Source: an uncultured Acidobacteriota bacterium (lineage in GTDB: Bacteria; Acidobacteriota; Vicinamibacteria; Vicinamibacterales; UBA8438). Taken from it: a stretch of DNA of 64,000 nt. A program made the translations under genes and the position numbers. The stretch lies in assembly GCA_913043225.1 (NCBI GenBank), contig CAJWLU010000012.1:32001-96000 (forward strand), in the 5' to 3' direction. Under the pieces are notes generated by a model. That model was given only the letters and a program-made list of their open reading frames with translations. It made no database searches and was not told the DNA's origin. Shown piece after piece: positions 10,277-19,247 of the stretch (the first letter of the stretch is position 1; every line of letters starts with the position of its first letter).

Positions 10277-11224
10277 TTGGTCTACGATATCGCCTTCATC
10301 CTTGTCGGTTTGTTGCTCGTCGCAAAGGGCGGCGACCTGTTCGTGGAAGCCAGCGTCTACATGGGGCAATTGTTCCGCATTCCCAGGTTCGTCATTGGTG
10401 GCACCCTGGTCAGCCTGGCGACCACCATGCCGGAGCTGGCAGTTTCGACGATCGCCAGTAGCGCCGGCGACTCGGGTCTCGCGCTTGGGAACGCGGTCGG
10501 ATCCTGCGTGTGCAACATCGGCCTGATCGTGGGGACGGTGGCGCTGCTGACGCCAGTGGAGGTGGAACGACGTGAGCTGCTACGCCGAGCCGCGTGGATG
10601 GTCTCGGCCGGTGCACTAGTGGTGGTCTTTACTCTGGATCGGACGCTCAGCCGTCCACTCGGCGCGGTGCTGCTGGCGCTGGCCTTCGCCTACCTGACCT
10701 GGGATTACCTGTCCATCCGGATGCTCCGCCGAGACGAGTCGACCGACAAGGTGGTGGCGGATTCGGCGGCGTTGCTCCGGCGGTTCGGCCAGTTCGTGTT
10801 GGGGGCGGTCCTCATCCTTCTAGGCAGTAACCTGCTCGTCGACTCGGGTTCCGGTCTGGCGCAGGCGCTGGGCGTGCCCTCGGTCATCATCGGTTTGTCG
10901 GTGGTCGCCATCGGTACATCGTTGCCGGAGTTGGTCACCGGTGTGGCCGCGGCGCGGAAGGGCGTGCCCGATCTGTCACTTGGGAACATCATCGGAGCTA
11001 ACACCCTGAACCTCTACCTGATCGTCGGGCTGTCGGGCGTGATTCGGCCACTAACAATCGATCCGTTCGCCCAGGTCTACTCGTTCGGCTGGCTGGGGCT
11101 GTTCTTTGCCGCGTTGCTCGGGCTCGCGGTGCGCACCGGTCGCTTCCACCTGCGTGGCGGGGCGCTGCTGCTGGGCCTCTGGATGACGTACGTCGCCGGG
11201 CTGGCCGTCGTGGCCCTGACTTAG
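10277..11224 (+). CDS. Calcium/sodium antiporter (CaCA, YrbG-like)
   Basis: Two alpha repeats ATTMPE and GTSLPE, GNAVGS/GNIIGAN, many TM helices. Confidence 0.92.
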   Translation: MVYDIAFILVGLLLVAKGGDLFVEASVYMGQLFRIPRFVIGGTLVSLATTMPELAVSTIASSAGDSGLALGNAVGSCVCNIGLIVGTVALLTPVEVERRELLRRAAWMVSAGALVVVFTLDRTLSRPLGAVLLALAFAYLTWDYLSIRMLRRDESTDKVVADSAALLRRFGQFVLGAVLILLGSNLLVDSGSGLAQALGVPSVIIGLSVVAIGTSLPELVTGVAAARKGVPDLSLGNIIGANTLNLYLIVGLSGVIRPLTIDPFAQVYSFGWLGLFFAALLGLAVRTGRFHLRGGALLLGLWMTYVAGLAVVALT

Positions 11225-11356
11225 TGGTTCGGCCAGGCCGGGCTAGTGGGTTGGCCAAAGGCAGTTACGGGGAATTACCCCACGACCATTGAGAAGATCA
11301 CGAGGGTACGCAGAGCTCGTTTCTCCGGCGCTGTCGGGGTGGTGCTTCGTCGCCGG

Positions 11357-12958
11357 CTATTCCGACGCTGGGGCGAGACTTCGCACAACTGGATAGGTGC
11401 CGTTCACCGAGATCTGGTCGTCGAGAAGGTTCCAGGTCACGAGCCCGTCATCCGACCGAGGTTCGAGCAGTGAGAATAGCAGCCGGCCGGCCGGCTGGTC
11501 TGTGGAGAGCACGAGCGTTCCGGCGGGAAGCCGGAGCTCGGTTGGTGTCCAGGCGCCTTCCACGGTGCGGATCCGGTGCCCCTCGAACTGTTGCTCGGCG
11601 GTCTGCGATGCGGTCACCGTAAAGTGCTCTCCCTCGATCGCCGTGTCCGCGCCGAGCTTGGTGCCGTCGATCCCGTGGGCCGCTAGCAGGTCGACGACGC
11701 GCGTGAGCTCAGCCGGGACGTAGTAGGTTGCTGGCGCCGTCTCGGTTTCGGCCGCATTAAATGCGATGTAGACGTCCATCTCGGTTGGTTCGGCGACGTC
11801 TAGTCGCCGGCGCATCGTCGCGCGGGTGTAGGGATTGATCACCTCTTCGGTCGCGCCCATCAGGATCGAGACGGGCGCCTCGCTGCGACGTGGCTCGGCA
11901 CGCGTCGCTAGTCGCTGGCCGGCAATCGACGTTTCCGTGGCCTGTTCTACCAGCGTCGCGATCTCGGTCGCCTGACTCGCGGCGAGCTCGAGCGTTGCGT
12001 CGACGAAGGCCCGAGTGACGCGGACCCGTTCCTCGAACGGGGCATAGGCGTACGCCTCGCTCAGCAACGCGATGCGATTGCGGAGCCCGACATAGTTGTT
12101 GTTGAAGCGGGGGCGATGATCGAACGTGCGCCAGCTGCCGTCGGCCCCGTCGCCCCGCACACTGCCGTAGTGATAGCTCTCCCAACCGGTGTCGGCCCGG
12201 ATCGTGTCAGTGATGCCTGGGAGCCAGTTCTCTCGCACCAGCGTGTCGAGCTCTGGATGGGTGTTTGGGTGCAGGGCTGGGGCGTAGGTCAGGTGGTAGC
12301 CGTGCTGGGTGCCGTTGGTGGTGTGGAGATCGATGACCACGTGCGGGTCATAGTCAACGTAGGCGCGCACTAGCGCACGGGCTTCGGGTGACTCCAGCTT
12401 GACATGGTCACGGTTCAGGTCCAGGCCCTGCGCGTTCTCGCGGATACCCATCCCTTGAAGCGGGCCAAGCTGGAAGGGACGATGGTTGCCCATCTGTTCG
12501 TTACCGTCGGCGTTGTACACCGGAGCGATGAGGAGGACCAGCGACGAAAGCCACTCGTCGCGGGCGCCGGAGAGCAGGTCGCGGATCAGCTCGATGAGCG
12601 CTTCCTTGCCACACACCTCCCCCCCGTGGATCGTGGCCTGAAGCCACACCCGGGTCCGGTCGGCGGCCAGGACGGCCGCCGGGCTCGCGTCGGCCACGTC
12701 CCCCACGATCAGGAGCGGCAGCGGCCGGCCCTCGACGGTCGAACCGAAGGTGGTGGCATGGGCGCGTGGCGAGAGGCCGGCGACCCGCTGCATGAGGAAC
12801 ATCACCTCGCCGTAGCCGGTGGTTTGCTCCCAGCCGGTCCGTTCGGCTCGGGAGGTGATCAGTGAGGCGTCGTCGGCCGTCTGAGGGCCCGAGCAGCCGA
12901 GTGAAAGCACGAGTCCGATCGTGCCGAGCCGGATCACCGGCCGTCGTTGTTTCCTCAT
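11357..12958 (-). CDS. M14 zinc carboxypeptidase-family lipoprotein
   Basis: IHGGE, YNADG, DLNRD, IDLH; lipobox LSLGC; start overlaps the desulfurase stop. Confidence 0.88.
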   Translation of the reverse strand: MRKQRRPVIRLGTIGLVLSLGCSGPQTADDASLITSRAERTGWEQTTGYGEVMFLMQRVAGLSPRAHATTFGSTVEGRPLPLLIVGDVADASPAAVLAADRTRVWLQATIHGGEVCGKEALIELIRDLLSGARDEWLSSLVLLIAPVYNADGNEQMGNHRPFQLGPLQGMGIRENAQGLDLNRDHVKLESPEARALVRAYVDYDPHVVIDLHTTNGTQHGYHLTYAPALHPNTHPELDTLVRENWLPGITDTIRADTGWESYHYGSVRGDGADGSWRTFDHRPRFNNNYVGLRNRIALLSEAYAYAPFEERVRVTRAFVDATLELAASQATEIATLVEQATETSIAGQRLATRAEPRRSEAPVSILMGATEEVINPYTRATMRRRLDVAEPTEMDVYIAFNAAETETAPATYYVPAELTRVVDLLAAHGIDGTKLGADTAIEGEHFTVTASQTAEQQFEGHRIRTVEGAWTPTELRLPAGTLVLSTDQPAGRLLFSLLEPRSDDGLVTWNLLDDQISVNGTYPVVRSLAPASE

Positions 12959-14076
12959 AGCAGGGCCTCCAGCCGTGCCACCGTTGCGTCGATCTCCGCC
13001 GCCGTGGTCTGGCGGCCCAGGCTGAAGCGGATGGCGCCCCGGCCCAGCTCGGGGTCCAGTCGCATCGCCGTTAGCACCGGAGACATGGTTACCGCGCCGG
13101 TGTGGCACGCCGAGCCGGTTGACGCCGCCACGCCGTCCAGCCGGGCGAGAAGGTCCGGTCCCGACTGCCCGGGAAACGCCACGTTGAGCGTGTTTGGCAG
13201 CCGCCGTTCTGGATGGCCGTTGAGCACCATCCGGTTTCCGAATTGCGTCGCGAGTGCGTCCCAGAACCGATCGCGCAGTGTTCGCAGGTGTTCGTAGCAG
13301 GGGGCGGTCGTGGCTAGACGGCACGCTGCGCCTAGCCCGCTTGCCAGAAGCGCGCTTTCCGTGCCGGCCCGCCGCCCCTGTTCGTGTCCGCCGCCGTCAA
13401 TCAGCGGTGGCAGCGAGATCGCGCGGCGGATGAACAGCGCTCCAACGCCTTTCGGCGCGTACAGCTTGTGTCCGGCCAGACTCAGCAGATCGACGCCAAG
13501 TTCGTCCACACGAGTCGGAATCTTGCCGACCGACTGCGCCGCGTCCGTGTGGCAGAGGGCGCCGTGCGCGTGTGCGATCGCCGCGATTTCAGCGATCGGC
13601 TGGATGGTGCCCACCTCGTTGTTCGCGTGCATGACCGACACGAGCACGGTCTCTGGCGTCAGCGCGGCCTTGATGTCAGCCGGGTCCACCAAGCCGTGGT
13701 GATCGACGCCGACAATGGTCACGCGTGCTCCGAGTTGCTTGAGGTAGCGGCACGGTTCGAGGATGGCCGGATGTTCGATAGCGCTCGTGACCACGTGGGT
13801 GCGCGTCGGGTCGCGGCCGGCGAGCATTCCCTTGATCACATGGTTGTTCGCCTCGCTGCCGCCGCTGGTCAGGACGACCTCGCCTGTCTCACAGCCCAAC
13901 AGTGTGGCGATGTCGGCTCTCGCCGCGTCGACCGCCCCGCGGGCTGGCCGTCCGGCCCAGTGATCGCTGGACGGATTGCCGAAGCCCATGTCCAGTAGGG
14001 GGCGCATGGCGGCCGCCACCTCGGGTGCGATCGGGGTGCTGGCGTTATAGTCGAGGTAGATCTGGGCTGGTGTCAC
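12955..14076 (-). CDS. Cysteine desulfurase (IscS/NifS family)
   Basis: IYLDYNASTP, SGGSEANN, HTDAAQ, GHKLYAPKG, STGSAC; GTG start after GGAG. Confidence 0.93.
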   Translation of the reverse strand: MTPAQIYLDYNASTPIAPEVAAAMRPLLDMGFGNPSSDHWAGRPARGAVDAARADIATLLGCETGEVVLTSGGSEANNHVIKGMLAGRDPTRTHVVTSAIEHPAILEPCRYLKQLGARVTIVGVDHHGLVDPADIKAALTPETVLVSVMHANNEVGTIQPIAEIAAIAHAHGALCHTDAAQSVGKIPTRVDELGVDLLSLAGHKLYAPKGVGALFIRRAISLPPLIDGGGHEQGRRAGTESALLASGLGAACRLATTAPCYEHLRTLRDRFWDALATQFGNRMVLNGHPERRLPNTLNVAFPGQSGPDLLARLDGVAASTGSACHTGAVTMSPVLTAMRLDPELGRGAIRFSLGRQTTAAEIDATVARLEALL

Positions 14077-14257
14077 GTGTGCTCCGCGTTCGCGAGTGGG
14101 GAACGTGAGGCCTCCCACCGCCGGTCTACCCGCTGCCGTCGTCGGGCGAATAGACCCGACCGACCGGCGTATCTAACGTCAGAACGGCGTGGTCACCCGG
14201 CGCCTCACCGGCGGACGACGTCCATTCTACGCCCGCACGGCGGAGTAATATGCAGTT

Positions 14258-15754
14258 GTGTGCCGGTACTCCATAACGTCCGTGACTCAGTTCTTTCGCT
14301 CTTACTGCATTCGTCGAGTCTTTCTGGTGGTGCTGCTTGCGTGGGGCGGCGCGACCTTCGCGCTCGCGCAGCCTGACGTCGAACTGCCGGTCAGTAACGA
14401 GATCGACCTCTTCATGGAGCGCGTGCTCGACAACCGCGATGCCGCCTGGCGGCGCCTCGAGGGTTTTCTGCTGCAAGAGGTCGAAACTTTCGAGGTAGAG
14501 GCGCCCCTCGGAGTGCCCCTGTCGGGGTTCCTTCGCGAGTACGAGTGGTATGTCCGTGACGACACTGTGGTGCGTAGCCCCGTGCGGTTCGACGGCGTCG
14601 AGCTCGACGCCGACGCCCGGCGCAGCTATGAAGAGGAGTGGCTGGAGCGCGAGCAACGGGAGCGCGGTCGGCGCGCTGGTCGGCGCCGGGGCATTAGCCG
14701 CCGCAGCCAGGAAGACAATATCCGCATCACGATTGAACGCAGCTGGGGCGGCACGGTCGACGAGACTCTACTGGCGCGGATCGCCGCGGATGCCGATTTC
14801 CTCGGGCACGACCTGGCGGCGGTCGCCCTGAACACTGGAGCCATCCTCGATGCGCTGGGCGGAGTCGAGGCCGTCGGGTTTATCGACGCGGTCGAACAGA
14901 CCCGCCTGCTGTTCGTGATGCTCGACGAGGAGCGGCTGAGCGTCGACGAGGTCGCACGAGCCTTACGCCGTCCCTTGCTGGCATTGGTCGATCAGCTCGA
15001 TCTGGTCGAGGCCGAAGGGGACGACGCGCTTGCCGGGCTGGTCGAACTGGCGACTTTGGCCGAGGCGGCTGGTGTCGACGGACGCCAGGTGGGCACCTAC
15101 CTTGGCCAGGCCGCGGACCGACTCGAAGCCACGCACCCAACGACGGCTCAGGTGCTTGCCTCGCTTCGGGCGGCTCTGCCCGTAGCTGAGTTGGGAGATG
15201 TTGCTGAGGACGCGCTTCCTGGTGTCGAGGAAAGCTTGATCGACGCAGCGCGCATCGAACCTAGCTTCATTTCCGTGCCGGGCTTCATGGAGTTTACCTT
15301 CGAGCCGGGCAACTACTACTTCGCGGGTCGCGAAACGCTGGCTGGACGTGAGGTTGTGCGGGTCGAGTACTACCCGACTGACATGTTCGACGATCGGGTC
15401 GATAATGACCGGTCCGAGCGTGCACGCGAGATCGACGAAGGGTTCAACAAGACTTCGCTGGTGACGCTGTGGATCGATCCGACTCAACATCAAATCGTTA
15501 AGCAGACATTCGACAACACAGGAATGGGTTTTCTGCCGGGCCGTTGGTTGGTCCGGTTCGACGGAATGTCGGCCACCATGGAGATGGGGCAGCCGCTGCG
15601 AGACATCTGGCTCCCTCTTCAGCTGACTGTGGTGGGCGAGGTTTCGACTGCGCTTGGCGATTTCGATGTGCGCTTTACACAGGTGTTCGACGAATACCGC
15701 GAGACGGTGACCGGTGGCCGGCTCATCGATGTCGGGGCGTCCGGTGTTCGCTGA
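14258..15754 (+). CDS. Secreted hypothetical protein (LolA/MucB-like beta domain possible)
   Basis: Long ORF with signal peptide ending ALA-Q; GRETLAGREVVRVEYYP...LWIDP segment; start codon uncertain. Confidence 0.65.
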   Translation: MCRYSITSVTQFFRSYCIRRVFLVVLLAWGGATFALAQPDVELPVSNEIDLFMERVLDNRDAAWRRLEGFLLQEVETFEVEAPLGVPLSGFLREYEWYVRDDTVVRSPVRFDGVELDADARRSYEEEWLEREQRERGRRAGRRRGISRRSQEDNIRITIERSWGGTVDETLLARIAADADFLGHDLAAVALNTGAILDALGGVEAVGFIDAVEQTRLLFVMLDEERLSVDEVARALRRPLLALVDQLDLVEAEGDDALAGLVELATLAEAAGVDGRQVGTYLGQAADRLEATHPTTAQVLASLRAALPVAELGDVAEDALPGVEESLIDAARIEPSFISVPGFMEFTFEPGNYYFAGRETLAGREVVRVEYYPTDMFDDRVDNDRSERAREIDEGFNKTSLVTLWIDPTQHQIVKQTFDNTGMGFLPGRWLVRFDGMSATMEMGQPLRDIWLPLQLTVVGEVSTALGDFDVRFTQVFDEYRETVTGGRLIDVGASGVR

Positions 15755-17021
15755 ACGGTTCTGGCGACACATCCTGACCCGTGCCGCCCTCGGCTGCGCG
15801 CTAAGCGGCGGCGTGGCCTTCGCCCAGCCGTCGGCAGGAACCGAGGTGGTCACCGAGCTTCGGGTGCACGGTAACTACTCCATCGAGGATACCGAGATCC
15901 TCGCGCTGGCCGCGATCGCTGTGGGTGATCGGCTCGAGCCTGGGAGCGAGACGGCGATCGTCGAGCGTCTCCAGGCGAGCGGCTGGTTCGACCAGGTAGA
16001 GGTACGGAAGCGTTATACGTCACTTAGTCAGAGCGACCGGATCGCGCTGATCCTGCTCGTGACCGAACGCCCCGCGGCCAGCGTGGCCAATCCGGTCTTG
16101 CGGACGCTGGCCCGTGTGTCCCAACAGGCGCTGTTCCTACCCGTCCTGCGTTATGACGAGGGGCTAGGCATGACCTACGGCGCACGGTTCCGCCTCGTCG
16201 ACGTGCTGGGCGAGGGAGGGACCGTAGCGATCCCGTTGACGGTTGGCGGCCGCAGGGAAGCGGCGCTGGAGGTGGAGAAAGAGCTGGACCGAGGACTGCT
16301 CGACCGATTGCGCGCGGGTGTTTCGTTCGCCCGACAGGAGAACCAGCACTTCCGTCTCGACGATCGACGGAATGAGGTCTGGGTGGGCGCCGACCGCACG
16401 CTGTTCCCGTTCGTTCGCGTCTCGGCTGATGCGCGCTGGAGCGACATCGACTTCGGCGGCGTCGATGACCAGGCCACTACCTACCGAGCTGGGGTCGAGC
16501 TAGACACGCGACGTAATCCAGGGTTCCCGCGTGACGCGGTCTATGTACGGGCAGGGTGGAGTTGGCTCGATAGCCTGGCCGCACCGGCCGTGATCGACCG
16601 GCCAGAGCTGGACGCCCGCGGGTATTTGGCGCTGGTCGGACAGAGCGTGCTCGCCCTTCGGGCGCAGTATGTAGGGGCGAGTGCCGGGCTGCCTGGCTAC
16701 GCCCAGCCGCTGCTCGGCGGCGTTGGGTCGGTGCGGGGCCACAGCGTCGGCGCGCGCGCCGGCAACCGGCTCGCGGTTGGTTCTCTTGAACTCCGTGTGC
16801 CGATTAGCTCGCCGTTCAGCTTTGGTCGGGCCGGGCTGCGCGCGTTTGTCGACACCGGTGCGGTGTTCGGCGTCGACCAGTCGATTCGCAAGGCGCGATT
16901 CAGTCGCGGTGTGGGCGGGGGGCTCTTTCTGAGCGCCGCGATTTTCACGTTGCAGATCGACGTGGCGCACAACACCGTGAGCCGCGCTCGCGTCCACGTG
17001 TCGACCAGCGTCAGCTTCTGA
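15729..17021 (+). CDS. Omp85/BamA-TamA family outer-membrane protein with one POTRA domain
   Basis: VTELRVHGN...LQASGWFDQVEV POTRA; LGGVGSVRGH, FVDTGAV; C-terminal Phe. Confidence 0.8.
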   Translation: MSGRPVFAERFWRHILTRAALGCALSGGVAFAQPSAGTEVVTELRVHGNYSIEDTEILALAAIAVGDRLEPGSETAIVERLQASGWFDQVEVRKRYTSLSQSDRIALILLVTERPAASVANPVLRTLARVSQQALFLPVLRYDEGLGMTYGARFRLVDVLGEGGTVAIPLTVGGRREAALEVEKELDRGLLDRLRAGVSFARQENQHFRLDDRRNEVWVGADRTLFPFVRVSADARWSDIDFGGVDDQATTYRAGVELDTRRNPGFPRDAVYVRAGWSWLDSLAAPAVIDRPELDARGYLALVGQSVLALRAQYVGASAGLPGYAQPLLGGVGSVRGHSVGARAGNRLAVGSLELRVPISSPFSFGRAGLRAFVDTGAVFGVDQSIRKARFSRGVGGGLFLSAAIFTLQIDVAHNTVSRARVHVSTSVSF

Positions 17022-17039
17022 CCGAGCGGGGCGGCCTGG

Positions 17040-18026
17040 TCACGGCACGTGGAACAGGGTGAGCGTGTCCGCGCCGGCCGCCAGGACGATGTCGTCGACG
17101 AGCGCCACCGTGCGGGTCGGCGCGCTGTGACTCGCGACCACAAAGGGGTGGCTCGGGTCGGCGACGTCGATAACTGTTAGGCCACCCCGTCCCTGGGCGA
17201 GATAGAGGAGGTCGTCCCGCGCGGTAAGCTGGACGACCCGGCCGGCGGGTTGATAGCTCCCGACCCGGGCCGGTGCCGCTACGTCGGTCAGGTTCACGAT
17301 CTCGACCAACGCCGTGGCCCCGTCGGCGATGAAGGCGGTGCGGGTGGCCGGCGCGACCGTGACCAGCTGCGTTGTCTCGCCTTCGGCGAAGTGGATGCTA
17401 GTTTCCTGCGGATCAGCAGGCGCGTCGATGCCGACCACGTGCAGGCCGTCGGGCTGGTCGGCCACCAGCCCGAGACCTGGGAGTCCGATCACGTCGCGGG
17501 AGTAGCCACCGGTCAGCCACTCGCTGAGCATGACGGGCATCGTGGGTTTGCTGACGTCGAAGACGTTCAGTCCGGTCTGATTGTTGGTGGTTAGCACGAG
17601 CTGTCCGGCCATCGCCACTGAGACGGTCTGGCCCTGACTCACCACTTCGTAGGACCCGGCCACCTGCGGCTGATCCGGATCGTCGAGCGTCACCACCACG
17701 AGTCCGATGAACCCGTTCGCCAGATAGGCCCGGTCGCCGTCGACGACTACATCCCAGACGCGGTCGGTGAGCTCGAGCTGGCCCCGGACCCGCGGTTCAG
17801 TCAGATCTGAGAGGTCTAGCACGGTCAGTGTCGAGCCGTTTCCGGCGACCCCCAGCGGGCCGTCGGCGTGTACCACGGCCGCCGTTAGCGGCAAGGTGGC
17901 CACAGGCGTGAGCGTCGATTGGGCCGCAGCCGGCGCGGTGAGGAGCAGCAAGCCGAGCCACGTGCCATGGCCGAACCGGGATCGGGCGGCGCCCAGACAG
18001 CGATGAGGGGCATACATGCGGGGCAT
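17040..18026 (-). CDS. Secreted LVIVD-repeat protein
   Basis: Repeats LTVLDLSD, GLNVFDVSKP, GLTVIDVADP, DRAYLA. Confidence 0.8.
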   Translation of the reverse strand: MPRMYAPHRCLGAARSRFGHGTWLGLLLLTAPAAAQSTLTPVATLPLTAAVVHADGPLGVAGNGSTLTVLDLSDLTEPRVRGQLELTDRVWDVVVDGDRAYLANGFIGLVVVTLDDPDQPQVAGSYEVVSQGQTVSVAMAGQLVLTTNNQTGLNVFDVSKPTMPVMLSEWLTGGYSRDVIGLPGLGLVADQPDGLHVVGIDAPADPQETSIHFAEGETTQLVTVAPATRTAFIADGATALVEIVNLTDVAAPARVGSYQPAGRVVQLTARDDLLYLAQGRGGLTVIDVADPSHPFVVASHSAPTRTVALVDDIVLAAGADTLTLFHVP

Positions 18027-18081
18027 TCGACCATACCGGGCGCGGTTCCAGCAATGGCGGACGGTATAATCCGCCTTCGGT

Positions 18082-18741
18082 ATGCGTCCCTTTTCGACCT
18101 TTCTGTTCGACCTCGACGGCACGCTGATCGACTCCGAGGCACTCATCATGGCCTCGTTCCGTCACACCATGCGCACCCATCTCGGCGCGGTGCCGCCCGA
18201 CGAGTCGTGGCGGGCCGGCTTTGGTACGCCGCTGCGGCCGCAGCTGGCCAAGTTTGCCGATGGCCCAGAGCAGGTTCTGGCGATGACCGCCACCTACCGG
18301 GCCCATAATCTCGAGCATCACGACCGGCTCGTGCAGTCCTTCGACGGCATCCGTGCCGTAGCCGAGACGTTGCTCACCCAGGGGATGCGGCTGGCCATCG
18401 TTACCAGTAAGAATCGGGTGGCGAGCGAGCGTGGCCTGCGGCACTGCGAGCTGGACCACTTGTTCACCGTGCGGATCACGTCTGACGATGTGGTCGAACA
18501 CAAACCCAAGCCGGCGCCGGTGCTGGCGGCCCTCGAGGCGCTGGGCAGCGCCGCGGAAGAGACCGTTTTCATCGGTGATTCGCCGGCAGACTGTGAGGCG
18601 GGCCGGGCCGCCGGTGTGAGCACGGCCGCCGTGCTCTGGGGCCCGTTCACGCGGGAGCGTCTGGCGCCGCACCAGCCGGATTACTGGCTCCAGACGCCGG
18701 ACCAGATCCTGGCCCTGGCTGGGAGTAAGCAGTTGGAGTGA
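18082..18741 (+). CDS. HAD-family hydrolase (PpaX/Gph-like)
   Basis: FDLDGTL, VTSK, KPKP, IGDS; TATAAT at 18065-18070. Confidence 0.92.
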   Translation: MRPFSTFLFDLDGTLIDSEALIMASFRHTMRTHLGAVPPDESWRAGFGTPLRPQLAKFADGPEQVLAMTATYRAHNLEHHDRLVQSFDGIRAVAETLLTQGMRLAIVTSKNRVASERGLRHCELDHLFTVRITSDDVVEHKPKPAPVLAALEALGSAAEETVFIGDSPADCEAGRAAGVSTAAVLWGPFTRERLAPHQPDYWLQTPDQILALAGSKQLE

Positions 18742-18753
18742 AGCGAGGTGAGT

Positions 18754-19185
18754 ATGTCGATTCCCGAGGGGTATCGGAAGTTCGAGTTTATCGATCCGTT
18801 CGAAGAGCACGTCGGACCGCTCTGGTATCAGGATGGTGACGACGCTCTGCGGTTCGCGTTCAAGGCGACCGACAAGCATGCCAATACGGCGGGGCAGGTG
18901 CATGGCGGGATGCTGATGACCTTCGCCGACTTCGCCCTGTGTCTTGCGGCCATCCACGGGCTCCCGGGCGAACGCTGCGTGACGGTGTCGCTTAGTTGCG
19001 AGTTTACGGCGCCGGGCGAAGTGGGCAACCTTATCGAGTCGACGGCCGAGGTGGTCCGGCGGGGACGGTCGTTAACCTTCGTGCGCGGCGTGATCACGGC
19101 CGGCGATCGGGTGCTTCTGAGCTACAGCGGAATCGTCAAGCGCTTGCCTCGGCCGGACGATGTTACCCGCCGGGATGATGGATAA
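18754..19185 (+). CDS. PaaI-family thioesterase
   Basis: HANTAGQVHGGMLMTFAD hotdog motif. Confidence 0.9.
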   Translation: MSIPEGYRKFEFIDPFEEHVGPLWYQDGDDALRFAFKATDKHANTAGQVHGGMLMTFADFALCLAAIHGLPGERCVTVSLSCEFTAPGEVGNLIESTAEVVRRGRSLTFVRGVITAGDRVLLSYSGIVKRLPRPDDVTRRDDG

Positions 19186-19247
19186 TGTGAGGCACCGTTA
19201 GAGTGCGGCGCGTCTTGCAGAGTGCGCGCCCAGAAAGGTTCTTCAGC

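Noticed and set aside
12959..13324. Extension of the M14 ORF
   Set aside because: Overlaps the desulfurase in another frame; the lipoprotein signal starts at 12958
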